Below, one piece after another: positions 27,737-41,627 of a stretch of 64,000 nt of DNA. This stretch comes from Bigelowiella natans CCMP2755 (taxonomy: Eukaryota > Protista > Cercozoa): contig ADNK01002609.1 in the NCBI GenBank assembly GCA_000320545.1, forward strand, positions 1-64,000, given 5' to 3'. The notes beneath the pieces were generated by a model that was not told the DNA's origin, did not search any database, and was given only the letters and a program-made list of their open reading frames with translations. Position 1 is the stretch's first letter; each line of letters opens with the position of its first letter. Position numbers and translations under genes: made by a program.

Positions 27737-29488
27737 TTAAGAGTCGTCGAGCTTAATGTCCAAGAACACATCCGAGTTCTTAGAAACACCGAGTACATCG
27801 TTCATGAAGGACGTGGAGTTGTGAATACAGCTGCCTCCTAGAATGATCTTCGGGCCTGAAGGCCCCGACGCTTTATTCATTTCTGAGACCAGAGCTGCCT
27901 CGGAGTATGTTGTCCCCCCGATAACGTACACGAACACCTTGTCCATGTTTCTCCCCTGGCCGACCGCATCCATGAAGGGATAATCATTCATTCCCAGCTT
28001 GTTCTTGAGCAAGCTGTCTAAGACGGATGAGAGCAGTGGCTTGTACCGGGTGTACACGTTTTCGATCTCGCTCAGGCCAGAGAAGGCGTTCTTCACCATG
28101 GAAAGGAACCCTCTGTTCCTGTAGAGGTCCCCCCCCCTTACCGAGGCGCCCGCGTACTTCACTATCTCATCGCTGAATCTAGCCATTCGCTTCTCCTCGA
28201 TGGTTTTGGCTTGCTCCTTTAGAACAGAGCGGACAGTTGACATCTCGTTCCTGTGCTTCTCATATCTCAAATGATAGAGAGACGCCATGCAGACCTTCCT
28301 CACGAATGTGACGCTGGAATCCCCCAGCAATCTCATGATCTCCGTGATAGCCTTCGAGTGATCATGGTCACACGCGAGATTTTGCTCAGCCTCTGATACG
28401 GCCATAAGCTTTTCCTCCTTCACTTTGCGGTTCATCTCCACCATCACAGCAACGTGCTTCGACACGTTGCCTTGGAATGTCTTCAGCTCTGGATATTGCT
28501 CCACGAATTTTTGCATATCCTGGATAGTCTCGATTTTTTGGTTCCCTTTTTTCGCTTTATATTGAGATACCAAGTCCTTGATCGCTTTGCCAAGGTCCCC
28601 GAAGTTGTAAGTGTACGTCTTGGCGAAGAATTCGTCCTGCGTAGTTGACATTACGACCTGCTTCATATCCGGCTTAATGTCTGGCACATTGCTCATATCA
28701 ACTCGGTTGCTGTCAATGGTCAGTAGCTCGTGGACCATCGCTTGATAAGTCCATTGCATAAGAAGAGGCGTGATGGGGTCCTCTCGTCGATCTAGGATAA
28801 GCAGCACCGGTTGATTTGAGTCTCGGAAATCAAACACTTCATTTTCTTCCTTCATCTTGCTCACAATTTCGATTGCCACGGCCTTACTCAGGGCTGATGC
28901 TTTCTGATAGCGCACAAGTGGCCTCTTTTTTTGGGATAAGAGCATTGATATGAGTCCTTCTACATTCCTTTCTAGAACAGCATTGTCAGCTTTCGTCCAG
29001 TTCGATCGTCTCGTATACAAAGACCGGGTTGAAGATAGATTGCAGTGCCATGACTCAGGAGTGACCGCAAAAAAATCAGCATAGTATTCTTGAACTTGCT
29101 TCACGAGCTCGTAATCATCTGCAGCAGCAATTGTCTTCAACTGTGCATCCCCGACAAAATTTGTGAAAAAGAGGTGATACTCTTTGAACTTGGGCTTTTG
29201 GAGAGCTTGCTGCAGAGCAGATAAGCTGGAAGAAGATGGTCGCAGGAGGCAAACAGCCTTAAGGTGGTTCATTGGAGTCTTGGAAGGTTTGGAAGGTGAG
29301 TCAATCTGCTCCACGATGAATACCTGCTTGGCGATGATCTCTGTCTGTGATATCACAAGGGAAACCATCTTCATGGTGTCCTTATCCACCAAGAGTGCCT
29401 TCATTCCACTCAACCCAACAATCTTCTCAACATAGCGCTTGAACGCATCAATGGCAGAGAAGGAGCTCTTGCCTTTGTGATCGCTCAT
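27737..29488 (-). CDS. VPS45: Sec1/Munc18-family vacuolar protein sorting protein 45, intronless
   Basis: 583 aa with GMKALLVD, HLKAVCLLRP, PKFKEYHLFFTN, VQEYYADF, LLILDRREDPITPLLMQWTYQAMVHELL, NVSKHV, GGTTYSEA and LGGSCIHNS. Confidence 0.95.
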   Translation of the reverse strand: MSDHKGKSSFSAIDAFKRYVEKIVGLSGMKALLVDKDTMKMVSLVISQTEIIAKQVFIVEQIDSPSKPSKTPMNHLKAVCLLRPSSSSLSALQQALQKPKFKEYHLFFTNFVGDAQLKTIAAADDYELVKQVQEYYADFFAVTPESWHCNLSSTRSLYTRRSNWTKADNAVLERNVEGLISMLLSQKKRPLVRYQKASALSKAVAIEIVSKMKEENEVFDFRDSNQPVLLILDRREDPITPLLMQWTYQAMVHELLTIDSNRVDMSNVPDIKPDMKQVVMSTTQDEFFAKTYTYNFGDLGKAIKDLVSQYKAKKGNQKIETIQDMQKFVEQYPELKTFQGNVSKHVAVMVEMNRKVKEEKLMAVSEAEQNLACDHDHSKAITEIMRLLGDSSVTFVRKVCMASLYHLRYEKHRNEMSTVRSVLKEQAKTIEEKRMARFSDEIVKYAGASVRGGDLYRNRGFLSMVKNAFSGLSEIENVYTRYKPLLSSVLDSLLKNKLGMNDYPFMDAVGQGRNMDKVFVYVIGGTTYSEAALVSEMNKASGPSGPKIILGGSCIHNSTSFMNDVLGVSKNSDVFLDIKLDDS

Positions 29489-29782
29489 TGCAGATGGTGA
29501 AGCGGAGCCCTCTTCGTTCTCTGTTGGCCTGTGTTTGGAAGTGAATACCGGGTAGTGACAGTGAGGAGTTCGTTGTCGTCATCACTTTTTCAATGGGCGT
29601 AGTGAAGTTGAAGAATGCCAAAGAATTTAGGCTTTCTGCATTGCTTTGTTCGAAACAACTGCGCAAAATCCTGGAAATGTCATGAGCAAGCTCGCGCTTG
29701 ATGTACTGTGGATGATCGAAGCTTGACAGCACTTGACTGGGTGTTTTTACCTTGAATGCGCCAGAGAGACTTTGTTCATTGT

Positions 29783-30510
29783 TCATTGAGACAGCGGTGC
29801 TTTTAAGCTGCAGCTTCCTTCGATTGACCTGAAAATTGTGATTTTTGTGTGTGAGCTTTTCAGTGCGTTTTCTAGTAAAAACAGATTTTTCATCAACAAA
29901 TGTTCCAGATATACCTGGTTTTCCATGATTTCTTTTCGACATGACGATGAGCGACTGAGAAGCTCCGACCAAAAGAACCAGTGGATTTTCTTCGGGTTTC
30001 CGGGGTACAAAGCACAGAAGTAAAGCTTCTCCTTCTTAAAGTAACTTCTAAAGAAGGCAAAATCGCATCATCTTTCATGTGCTTTGCTATTTTACCCTAA
30101 AAAAAGTCGCAATCGCAAAGGAAAAAGAGTTGCTGTGAGAAAGGGAGGGAAAGTGCAAAGGCAGAAGCCATCATTTGATGCACCAGGTGTCGTGAGAAAA
30201 CACGACCAGGTGAAGTTGCTACCCACCTGTCAGGGTCGCATAGTGTCGAGACCCCGCTTTCAGGGTCTTCACAGAAGAGGTGTGTGAAATAAAAGCTCTC
30301 TCTGAATTTCTGTTGGGTATCAAGATCTTGGAACTCGTGGGTGTCAAATCTTTGCTGTCGTTTTTCCAATAGGGGGTACGATAAGCACCAGCCATCCCTC
30401 CCCGCCAAGAGCACTGTTCTGGTCACTTTGATTGAGCCTTTGGGCAAAACAGGCTTACTGTTCAGAATCAAAACATGCGAAACATGGACGCTTCCTTGTT
30501 CTCGCCTCAT
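29783..30510 (-). CDS. Possible small three-exon hypothetical gene upstream of VPS45
   Basis: ORF pieces 30097-30531, 29893-30078 and 29783-30010 can be joined at gtgggt/tttag and gtatat/tttcag sites. No family recognised. Confidence 0.3.
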
Positions 30511-30594
30511 TGTTGTGAATCGCCCTTTCAACTTGGGGACCCATTCTCCAATTGGAGGGACAGTTCTCGAATGGAGGTTGAGAAGGAGGAAAAG

Positions 30595-31344
30595 ATGAGC
30601 AACATGGATGCAAGCAGCATGATTGCAGATCTAAGTGTTAAGTTCCAAGCGAGAGTTGTTAAAGTCAAGAGCCGTTCAAGGTCGTCATCGGAAGGCTCCA
30701 AGCCCACAGTAGTTTTCAAAGACATCGTGCGCACTAGCAACAACAAAACTATTGTAGTACTCGCTGGTGACGACGAAGAAGACGAGACTGCTTGGGTTAA
30801 GGGAAAACATATTGATGCCTATCCTCGGAAGTTTCAAGAATGGTTCAAGGTATAACCACAACTATTCCCTTTTGAAGTCAATCTAAAACTTTTTCCCTTT
30901 CGCAGAAATTCGTCCCGACTATTCGGCACAATTGCCGACCTCGCCAAATCAAAAAGTTCCGTCGGTTGTCGAAATGGTGCCGCAGTATGGTGAAGACTGG
31001 AAGCTGCTCTTTTGGTCAACTAACCTCCTTATTCTAATTTCTGAACAGATACCTTACTTTTGATTCTTGGTTTCAGGCGTGAAATGCAACTTCTGCCACC
31101 ACTTTACAGAATTTTCTCCAATGCGATGCGAAAATGACGGAAAATGTGAAGACCCAGAGTGTTGGTATATGCATTCAGTCGAGGTCTGTCAGTAGCAAGC
31201 CGGAAATTTTATGCAGGTGAGCTTTCTCTTCCTTGCTTTTCTAAGAGCGATTGTACCCAATTAGTACTGTTCAGGTTCAACTTCGCCAATTATATGCGAT
31301 TACGAACGAGCCTTCCACCCCACCTCTCAATGGAGCACCCATGA
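30595..31344 (+). CDS. Small CCCH zinc-finger protein
   Basis: Spliced exons give CRSMVKTGSCSFGVKCNFCH (C-x8-C-x5-C-x3-H) and CENDGKCEDPECWYMH (C-x5-C-x4-C-x3-H). The phase join to the first exon and the exact ends are unresolved. Confidence 0.55.
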
Positions 31345-32339
31345 AATCGGAAGGCAAGTCTAAGGGTACTCCAACTAAAATCCGAAACCAACTCATGGAC
31401 TACAGACTTCCGGATAGATCCTTTTCGCCGACGCGCTTGAGATATTGATTGAAATTAATTGCCGATTTTTAACTAGAATCAGCGAGTGTCATGTGCAACG
31501 GTGACTACTCTAGCCAGTGTATGCCCTCTTTCTTATCTTGCAGCAATGAGATAAGATGAAGAATTTGCCCGTAACATATCGGCCGCTGGATAATTTTCCT
31601 TGTTGCATTTCAAAGTGTCATCATGAAATGAGGTTCATGTTCGGAATTTGTTGGAAATCAGGAAAGATGCTTTGTTAATCATTTATTGTAATCCTTAATA
31701 CGTACATTCTATGTCGTGTGCATGTAATTTATAATGCTTTACCCATCGTCCTTCGTCACGAAGAAAAGAAAGAAATCTGGTTATATAACTTCGATATTAT
31801 CTCAAGAATGTAGCCGTTCTTTTTTTATTAAATGTTTTAGTCTTTAATGTTAATGTTCGCCTTCGTGCTTGTCTAGAAACGCAGTACGCGTCCAATTGTT
31901 TAATCGATTTAGTTATGAGTACTGGTAGTTCGGATTTAATCAGAGCAATTTAAGATACATCGACATTCAGAAAGGTGTATGAAAAATCTTTTGGAGTAAT
32001 GTATGATTAATAATATCAATAAGATAGTTAAGGTATCATTAAACCCAATTTACTGGCGTGGCCTTTTTCACCTGGTGACTTGATGGCATGTAATTATGTC
32101 GGTCTTTATTTAAGTGCGCAAGATTGTGCCTGTACAGCAATATATCATGATAGTAACATGCGATTTATTAAACAAGTAGACATACGTGATGCCACTGTTA
32201 CTGAACTAGTGAACATGCCACCCATGCAGTCAAAAGCGCGAACGATTGAGTATAGCATGACGCATAATGGATCCGAATAATTGATAGCAAAAAGCAACAA
32301 CTCCAGAACTGTCCGTTATGACAGTTTTGACACTAAACC

Positions 32340-32660
32340 AATAAATGCCAAGATCATCAAGCTAGCATGCAAGCTAGAAAGAACTAGAGAAACTCGATCA
32401 TTGCATGCTAGCATGCTCTGCATTCATGCATTCGATGCTCTAGATGCCGCTGGGCGGACTAATGCTGGCTGGAGGTCATCATGTTGCGACGTGAGTTCGT
32501 GCGATCATGCTAGCATGTGGATTCATGCGCTATATGCGAGCTATCTAGTGCTGTCGTACAAAATTAAATAAACATAGATGGATGGGCGCGCGTGCTGTGC
32601 ACCCGCATGTCTACATGTGCAGGCTGTCTAGCTGTCTAGCTGTGTGTTGGCATGGATGAA
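32340..32660. other. CTAG/GCATGC-rich tract at a convergent junction
   Basis: gctagcatgc, ctagctgtctagc and similar between the CCCH gene (+) and the Sec6-like gene (-). Confidence 0.6.
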
Positions 32661-32795
32661 CATGACAGTCGCATGGGGGGCTGTCAGCTACCACAATGAG
32701 CAATTGCGCTTCTATGAGCTTTTCACGTACAAGTCAGCCTTGATTATGTCCAGATGTGTGTTAGGCAGCGCGATGTGCGTGTGTGCAAGATGCTA

Positions 32796-34947
32796 CTACG
32801 ACAGGAAATCCTCCAGCGTGACCACATCCAAAACGTCTTCTGGAGCGATCTTATTGCCGGTTCCATCCTCACCGCCACTGCCCTGTGTGGTACCGCCGGT
32901 ATTGCGACTGTTGATCATGACCTCGAATTTCTCCATCTCCGAGACGACTCGCTCATCTATGCCTTTTGATGTATCAATCGTACCACCGTCAAAATCACCA
33001 ACGAATCGTCGTTCGGAAAGAGAAGATATGGTAAAATGAGTGGGATGGGGGGCGGGACAGAATAAAACCAGATATAAAAGACTATTTCCCGCAACCGTAA
33101 TGGAGCAACGTTGGAATATTCACAGTATATTACATACGTTCACCTGAAGCTGTGAGTGCACGGCCTGCTTTCAACGCAGATACGCGTTTAGTTTTCTCAT
33201 CAGTATAAAACAGCAGGGTAAGGCCATACCTGAAAACAGCAGCCGCACCACCACGAGCAGCATCATGATTATGATAATGATGATGATGATGATGATAATG
33301 ATGATGATGGCGATGGTGATAAAAATGGGGGTGACATTGACAATCACGATGACGACGATGAAGACAACTACGGCGTGTAGCAGCGAAATGGCATTTGCTG
33401 TATTTCCGTAGCGACAAAGAGAATGCATGTTCCTCTCATTCTCACCATGGGGTCCTTTGGTTTTTCTTCGCCACCATGATCGCAGGACGCCCGAGGATGG
33501 TTCCTCCAGCGGTACTCATCACGTCCAAGTGCCGCAGGCAGTCGCACAAACGCGCCTAAGGTGATTGATTAGATCATTCAGTGATTTTGTAGCGGTGTCA
33601 GGAGAAATGAAGGAGAGAGAAAGGGGGGATGAGAGTGGGAGAAACAACGAAGAAAAACGGTCAGGATGACATATTCATAATCATCATCATCATCATCATC
33701 ATCATCATTGTTATTGTTATTGCTGTTAAGAAGGTATCGACGTTACATAAAGAACAGCACCATGTCGCGTATTCTCTCCAAAGCCGGTGAGGTTTGGCGG
33801 CTGTCCCCCACATCAGGCACGAGCGGGTTGCTACCGAACGCACCGAGCGCTTGCTCGTATTGCGAAAACCGACCCATGACCTCAGTCTTTGTCAGCTGCA
33901 ATCATGCGGTAGCGGCAGCAAGAACAGCAACAACATCAGCAGTATCAGTACAACACAGAACGACCGGTAGAGCCTTCCATAAGACCCATCAAAAGGCTAG
34001 TGGATCAGTGGGGAGAGAGGAAGGAGGAGAAGACTTTAGCAAGCGCCAATCATCATCATCATCGTCATCACCGTCATCAACATCATCACCTTTGACCAGT
34101 CCGAGTGCATCCTCACCAACCCCTTCACCACAACGCGGGCAAAGACACCCAAGCGATCGATGAGCCTGGAGAAGGTCACATCCGCTTCAAACGGGCTGCT
34201 GTCCTTCACAGAGAGGAATTCGCCTACTATCTCCAGCACGACGAAAGCGCCCATCGCCTCCCTCTTGTCTAGCACGCCGAGATCTCCCGCGCGCTTGCTC
34301 ACTTGCTGTCGCATCCAATTGACGTCCTCGAATAGCGCCATGAGCACCTTACTGCTGCTGGGGTCATATTCATTACCGCCCCTCCCCGCGCCAGCGGTGG
34401 CACGAGAGTTGCCGCTGCCCCCCCCCCCCCGATCCTTGAGCAAGGAGAGAAATCCGGAGGTGACCGTCGTCATGATGTCGCTCTGCTGGAGCTTGGGAGA
34501 CATGTAGGCGAGGTGCCGAGTATAAGCGTCGATGGACGAGTAGATCAGCGCGGAGGACAAGTAGCCTATCCCACGCTCCCACGATATAGCCGTCTCGACG
34601 TCGGCAATGGCCTCCTGCCACCACCGCACGATCTGGCCGCATGGGTGCTGCTGTTGCTGCTGCTGGCCATCGTTTTCCTTGGCGTGTTGTTGCCACTTCT
34701 TGGTGAAGAGCGCACCGAAGCAATCCTGCTTGAGCTCTCTCACCCAGTAGTCAGCCAGGACGCCGCATGCTGCACGAGCGATAGCGTCAAACCCCGCGCT
34801 AAGCTTTTCTTGCATTCCGCGGAGATTCAGCGCCATCTCGCTGCGAAAGGGGGAGAAATGTCATTTACTGAACGCGCGCGCGCGCACACACACACACACA
34901 CACACATACACACCTAAAAGATCGGCCATCATCACCATATTCATCAT

Positions 34948-34979
<32 letters not shown>

Positions 34980-37599
34980 TATCATAATGTCGCTACCTTC
35001 TCTGGGACTCCTGATTCCTCAATAATCGCACTTTCATATCGTCAAAGAGCTGTTCCAGGCACTCCGTGTAATGGCGACAAGACGCAATAACCGCAATCAC
35101 GTACTCTTCATTGAGCTCCGGCTTAGTACCAGCTTCTCCACCTTTTTTGCCTTCGGAGACGTGGTGAAGGCCGGCAACAGGAGAGCAAGCATCGTCTTTG
35201 ACGAGACTGATGAATTTTATAAAGAGACGAAAGATAATGATGATTGTATTGATGATGATGATACTGATGATGACGATAGTGATGATGATGATAATGATGA
35301 TGATGATAATGATGATAAGGACGATAGCAATGATAACGATAATGATAATGATGATGATGACGATGACGATGGTGATGATCGTGAAAAGAGAAGGATACGA
35401 ATGGTGGTGGTTACATCTACTTGTAAACTCTTTCAATAAGACGAGTACATAGGGAAAACAACAGATTGTGACGGTTGGATGGCATGAATCATACAGGAAA
35501 CGAGAACAACAAAAACAACAAGAACAGGGTGAGTACGATCAACAAGACCCCCAAACCCCCAAGTTTCATCATCCAAAAGGCAACACGAAGGGATCGCAAC
35601 CACCACCACCACACCAAACCATAAGTAAACACGCGCTCTACGCCTCCCAACAAAGTGATAGCATGGGGAAGATGAAGGGGTGGAACGAACCTTATCCCGC
35701 CAACATCGTGAGGGCCGTGTGAGATCATGTGCGCGGAGAATCTACGACTGCTCCAGAAAGCACGTGCCTTCATCTTCTTCTTCTTACCCCCACTGCTACC
35801 GTTGCCGCTGTCAAACTTGCTGTCCCCCCCCCTTCGCTCAACGGCGGAGTCGTGTTTGTTGAAGTGCACACACCTCAGTTTATGGCGGAAGAGCGACTGG
35901 AAGTAGGCGATGAGGCCTTGCTCGAATTGAGCAAGCTCAAGCACAGCAACCCCCTCGATGTGAGGCAGCAGCCCTCCAACATGACTCCTGAAGAAGGCCG
36001 TTGTATAACGTCAACGAACACACTGAACAGCAGCAAGGAAAGAAGAAGCAAAGCGCGGCACCGTAAGACTGTGAATAAATCGCGCGGTCCGTTGGTTTCA
36101 AAACGGCCGTTTTCCCTGAGAATGGGCGCCTCGAGGGATATCTGGCAGAACACGCGCTCAATCACCAGACGGAGCGACTTCTCACAGTTTAAGCAGAAGT
36201 GCCTGGTTGGGTTGCAGCACCACCATCAAAGCAGGGGAGGAGGAAGGGGGGGGGGGGGAAGGAGGAGGATGCTGCGTGATGATGGCGATAACGAAGATGC
36301 TGATGATCTTGGCGAAGGAAGATAAAGGGAGAAGCCATAGCTCAGTAACCACCTAATAATCGGTAGCTTCATGACTGTTAACTCCTTAGCGACTTTGCCA
36401 CCGTATTTGGGCCACAGGCGTATGAAGAGAGATAGAACACCTAAGACGAGTTTCTGAAGGGATCGAAAGAGCTCTTATTAGCCCGATTTTTGTCCGAATT
36501 GTAACTGTGCGTGAGTGTGTGCGTTTTCCGGATGCTAAGCATTGCTTTTGTTGTTGTCGTTGTAGCTACTGATGAAGCTACGTCTGGTGTTCTCTGTCCT
36601 CTCCCAAAATTCCCCCCCCCCCCCCCCCCCTCATCTTTCTCCCAGCTTCTAAGAAGATAATCACACTTACAAAGTCCTTCTGCTGCATGGATGTGAATGC
36701 CTCGAAGATACGCATGCAGCTGTTGACGATAACTGCATTTGCAGGACCTTCCACAAGCGCGCTAGTCTAAGAATCGAGGGTGGAAGAACAGAGAGGAGAA
36801 AAGTGAGAGGAGGAGGAGGAGGAGGAGGAGGTGGAGGAGAGGGAGGAGGAGAATCATGTTGAAGAGGCAATGATGAGTGTGATGGCTTATGTTTATGTTG
36901 GCTATTTTTCCTATGTTACAACATAATTAACGGTGTTGGTGATGACGATGATTGCCACCAGGATCTCGTGGTGAGGATGACACGCTCCCTACACTACCAA
37001 CGATGATGCACAGCTAAGAAAAGGACAAACTCAACATGGCCATAGCCAACACACCACACGACACCTTGTTTTTGAAGAACTTTGGATGGCTCTCGAATCG
37101 AGACTGCACGCCCTTCAAGAACTTCTCGATTTTCTTTAGCCGTCTACGAGCCCACGAGAGCTGCGAGTCGGCCGCACCGCCCTCCTTATCGACGCTTCCA
37201 CCACCACCACCACCACCATTTTTATTCTTGTTCTCCTTTGCATCCTCTACCCTGATCTCCTCGACGAAATTCACGAAGTAGCGCCCAGCTTCTGCGAGAG
37301 CCCTCTCCAGCATTTTCCTAAGGAAAAAAATTTACATGTTTCATTGAAGGCGGAGACATTAGCATTATGGTCCCTTTTGCTCGCTCCCCCCCCCCTCCCC
37401 CCCCCCCCCTCCAACCAATCTCTTTCACCGTCTGAGAATAGATTTGCTTTCGACCTTCTCTCTTCCGCACGGCGTTTACGTTCTTCCTCCTGCAGTCGTG
37501 CCAAGTGCTGCGGAGCAGAGAAGTAGTGGGTTTATCGTAACATGCACGTATGCGGATGCTATATTTAACACATTACATCTCAACTGAGCTGACAATCAC

Positions 37600-37634
<35 letters not shown>

Positions 37635-37758
37635 TGGGCAATTCCACGTTGCTTTGACTCGAATATAGCCTTCATGATCTCCCTCCAGATCGATGTTGAG
37701 GTTCTCTTGAAAAACGAAGGGAGAGGGGGAAAGACAGCAATATTAAAAATATATATTT

Positions 37759-37810
<52 letters not shown>

Positions 37811-38691
37811 TATTTTGCAGCAGCCATTAATGTATCGGCTTTTATGACCCTTCCATAATCCCCCGCTCCCCCCACCCCTTCGTTTGCCAACATCGTTTCT
37901 CTATTGCTCCTACGTTCTATTCCAGCAGGATCCAGAATTTTGGTATCTAGATGGCCTCCAGACTGACACATTATTTCATGATGAGGGTGAGGTACATAGG
38001 TAGGAAGGTGGAGGAGGAGGAGGAGAGGTAAAACCAAGAGGCATCGATCAATCAACATCCTACCAGGTTCTTTGCTTTTCCAACCGATGTCTTCCTTACC
38101 ACGAAGATATCGATCTGAGCGTGCAAGGTACGACACGTATCGGTACATATAGTCTAATGAACAACAAGCTTGCAGGAGATGGCCCCGGTGACATTGCATT
38201 GACATCGAGCAGTTTTCGAGGATGTTAAAGCAACAGGCAAATTGTGCACGGTGACCCTATTCCCCCCTCTCCCATCCCTACCCGGCGCTTGAAATTGCAC
38301 AACGAGGTTACATACTTTCGGCCGATGCGAGGTGATATGACTCAGTTCCAGCGTTTCGTTCCACAGAGCGACACCGGCATCAGAGGGGTCTACCTCATCT
38401 GTCCTCGCCTTTAGCCTCACATCGCCGTCCCATACAATCAACTATTTGATATACCAAGGAAAGGGGGCGAAACAAGAATGAGAGATGAAACCAGGAGGAA
38501 CTGATAGGAGAGCGGTGGACGGAAAGAAGGGCGGGGTAAGCACTAAAATAGACAATCAGCTCAGAAACAACAGGCACAACAACATCCGTCGGGGTAGTTC
38601 ACATGTTTCGGATGAATGAAGCTGCCGCGAAAGCCTGTCGCTACACGTCTTTATCATCATCGTTAAAGGCAGAGCGGACATGTGTATGTGG

Positions 38692-38723
<32 letters not shown>

Positions 38724-39169
38724 AGAAGAAGAAGAAGAAGAAGCAGCAGCCGTGACCTTGACGTAGGCTCTCCTCACTGACTTCTTCTTTGATGACCTGG
38801 AAACCCCTCTTGCGGATATAACCTAATTTGTAGGCATACTCCTAATCAGGCTTTGATACTTAAGGTGGTCTAGTACCAGTTTCTAATTTTCCCGGCGAAG
38901 CTACTTCCACGTCGGTGGGAGATGTTCTTACCTCAACTTTCAACTTGTTCTTCGATTTGTTCCCGCTCATGGTGCAAGCTCACCACGAGCTTTGAAAAGA
39001 GTTCAAGCAAATGAGGGGGGGGATCCCGAAGGGAATGGAACAAACGCAAACGACTAAACGAGGGGGGGAACTTCCGAGTGAGACTCCCGCTTCCCAAGAT
39101 GGTATTTTGTGCGGGGAATATCCTAAATCCCCACCAAAGGACTCTTTTAGTAACTGCGACTAAATTCAT
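32796..39169 (-). CDS. Divergent Sec6/EXOC3-like (CATCHR helical rod) protein, possibly with an N-terminal C2-like domain
   Basis: Exons with ETNGPRDLFTVL, EEYVIAVIAS, AGFDAIARAACGVLADYWVRELKQDCFGALFTKKW and VVKGLVRMHSDWSK resemble Sec6. N-terminal GVALWNETLEL is C2-like. Stop at 32796 (VVTLEDFLS*); start uncertain. Confidence 0.5.
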
Positions 39170-39513
39170 TCATTGTCGCATGCGAAAAAAAAAACATTCT
39201 GGGCGATGCTCACAGAAAAAAGAAGGGGAACTACGGAGTCCCGATATGCTTTCGGTTCCTGTCGCAGCGACAGTGTGACCTGGTGCCAGAGCGCGAAGAA
39301 TGCATAGGTTTCATTACGGGAAATATTTTAGGCCAGAAACATCTTACGCGTATGCTGCGATCTTCTAGATGGCAGAGCCAGTCGTCTGCTCATTCTCGAA
39401 AAAAAAAATTTAAATTATTTTGGATATTTTCGGTAGTATTGAACGACCAATTCTGATAATTGACCGCAATTGGCAGAACGCTCAAGGACGTCGTCGCCAG
39501 AGTAGCCCTAACA

Positions 39514-40718
39514 ATGTCTACGAGTGTAGCATCCCTGCCTTCGACGGGGGGGATGCGGCAGCGTAGACCCGCTGGGAAGGTCCTTCTCGTACTCACAATG
39601 CATCAACTCGCCTACCCACATACGCATGTGCAAGAGCGCTTGCCGAGGGAGGGAGGGAGACAGAGAAGCGGAGAAGACTGAGGAGGTTGATGTGGAAATA
39701 AACAATCCTTAATCTATTTTCAGTCCATGTCCCCGGTGATGTCGGGAATCGAGTGCGTGCGACAAAGATCGTCGGTCTCTCTTTATGGAGGTAGAGAACA
39801 GAGATGACGATGATGATAATGAAGATGATGTCATCAGAAGAGAGAAATACTTACGCGTTTTAAGGGCCACGTGCATGCTCGATATCACGCGGCTAGCACA
39901 ATTGTACCTATATCCCAGAGGACTTTACTACATCCTAGCAGCCATCCACATATTGACCTACTGCCTCTGTGATCAGGAATTGCCACCGGTCTAGCTCTTT
40001 GCGTGATCGCGTACCTGATAGTTTACGGTGACCCACCAGAATTCAAGATAGTGGTATTATCATCGATCTCTACTCCCCACAAACTTCGCAACATGCCGAC
40101 ATCACCATCGTAAGCGCGCACTCTCTTCCCCCTTTGTGTCTTGCGTCGCTGCGTTGTGTCGAACGCTCTGTTGATGATGTATTTACTCATGCAGCTGCCG
40201 ATGGAAACTACTGTGAGAGTTGCGACGTGGAACATAGCAGCCATAAACAACAACCCGTTCGAATTCTGGTGCGTCGCTATTGATAAAGGGATAATGATAA
40301 TCATGCTGATGGCCATTATGATGACGACGATGATGATGATGAGGAGGAGCGATGATATATCACAACCACAGCCTTGCGTGTGTATGATGACCTGCTGCTT
40401 TGATCAGGATAACCAACAAAGACCCTCACTATGACATATTGATGTCTTCAGTACAGCGGTTCATCAACGATCCTGGTGGTTATCATTCTACAAAGAGAGA
40501 GAAACAGGGGGGGAGGGGGGGCATAGAGATACAGAGAGAAATAACCAATATGAGCCATCTTGCGTTGAGGAGCGATTCTGTGTGGTGCGGAGCAATATTT
40601 CTCGATGATGTCCAATTTACCCCCGCCATAAAACAGGGGCGATGGACGTGGAAGTCGCAGAAGTGTTTACGCCGAAGGTAGTGGGAGCTCGGGACTGGAA
40701 GATAAGGAGAACGAAAAT

Positions 40719-40786
<68 letters not shown>

Positions 40787-41121
40787 AAAGAGAAAGTTTA
40801 TCAGATCTATATACTACTGCTACACTACTTACACTACTGCAAGTGGCATTTGCTTCGCAGTCTTCTTTTCATCAAGACTCACACAAATGCATGTTCAGAT
40901 GCTGAATGAGCTCCGTTTTGAGATGCAGAAAATGGGCTGGCAGGTTAGTTGTCGTTGTTGTAGTCATCGCTATTGTTGCTGAACATGTGTGCTTCTTACT
41001 CATACGCACTATCGTGTGTGCTCTTCTCTACTGGCGTGCAGGGAGTTGATGAAGCAATTACAACCTTTCATAAGGAATTCAAGGTTGTGGCCGGTTACAC
41101 TTGATAGAAACTGACCACACT

Positions 41122-41163
<42 letters not shown>

Positions 41164-41594
41164 GATATAGATGTAAGCATTGTATTTATTATGTGCATGT
41201 GCTCTCCCAACATGATGCCCTCACCTGCACGCCGTGATCTCCCCATATTGAACGACGCCTGACCGTTATCTCGTCGTTGTCGTCATCGTCTTCGTTGTCG
41301 TGTAAATACTACTCTATCTATCACGTAGCCCCGGAAGATAGTCAGCGACTTCCTCAAAGACCCCACGCTGGGCGCTAAGAGACTCGTAATATATGCTTCC
41401 GAACGCAACGAAAGCTGAACGTTTCGATGCTTTATGCATGCTACATACCCACAATCTCCAAAAGCACATTTTCTAGGAATAGAACCCTGCATGATTTCCT
41501 TCGGTGCCACAGCGCCTCCGCCTTACAATCTTCAACCGCTTTGCCTTGCCAAAAAGACGGAGTCTTTGTTCCAAGGGGCGATGATCGTGGAGGA

Positions 41595-41627
<33 letters not shown>

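Noticed and set aside
35071-35452. Poly-Asp and poly-Met ORFs on the + strand
   Set aside because: Antisense reading of an intronic (GAT)n microsatellite inside the Sec6-like gene.
37271-37420. Apparent frameshift or 18-nt mini-intron in the Sec6-like gene
   Set aside because: An ordinary intron from gattg|gttgga to ccttag restores the frame (DWKMLERAL). The 18-nt option creates a stop.
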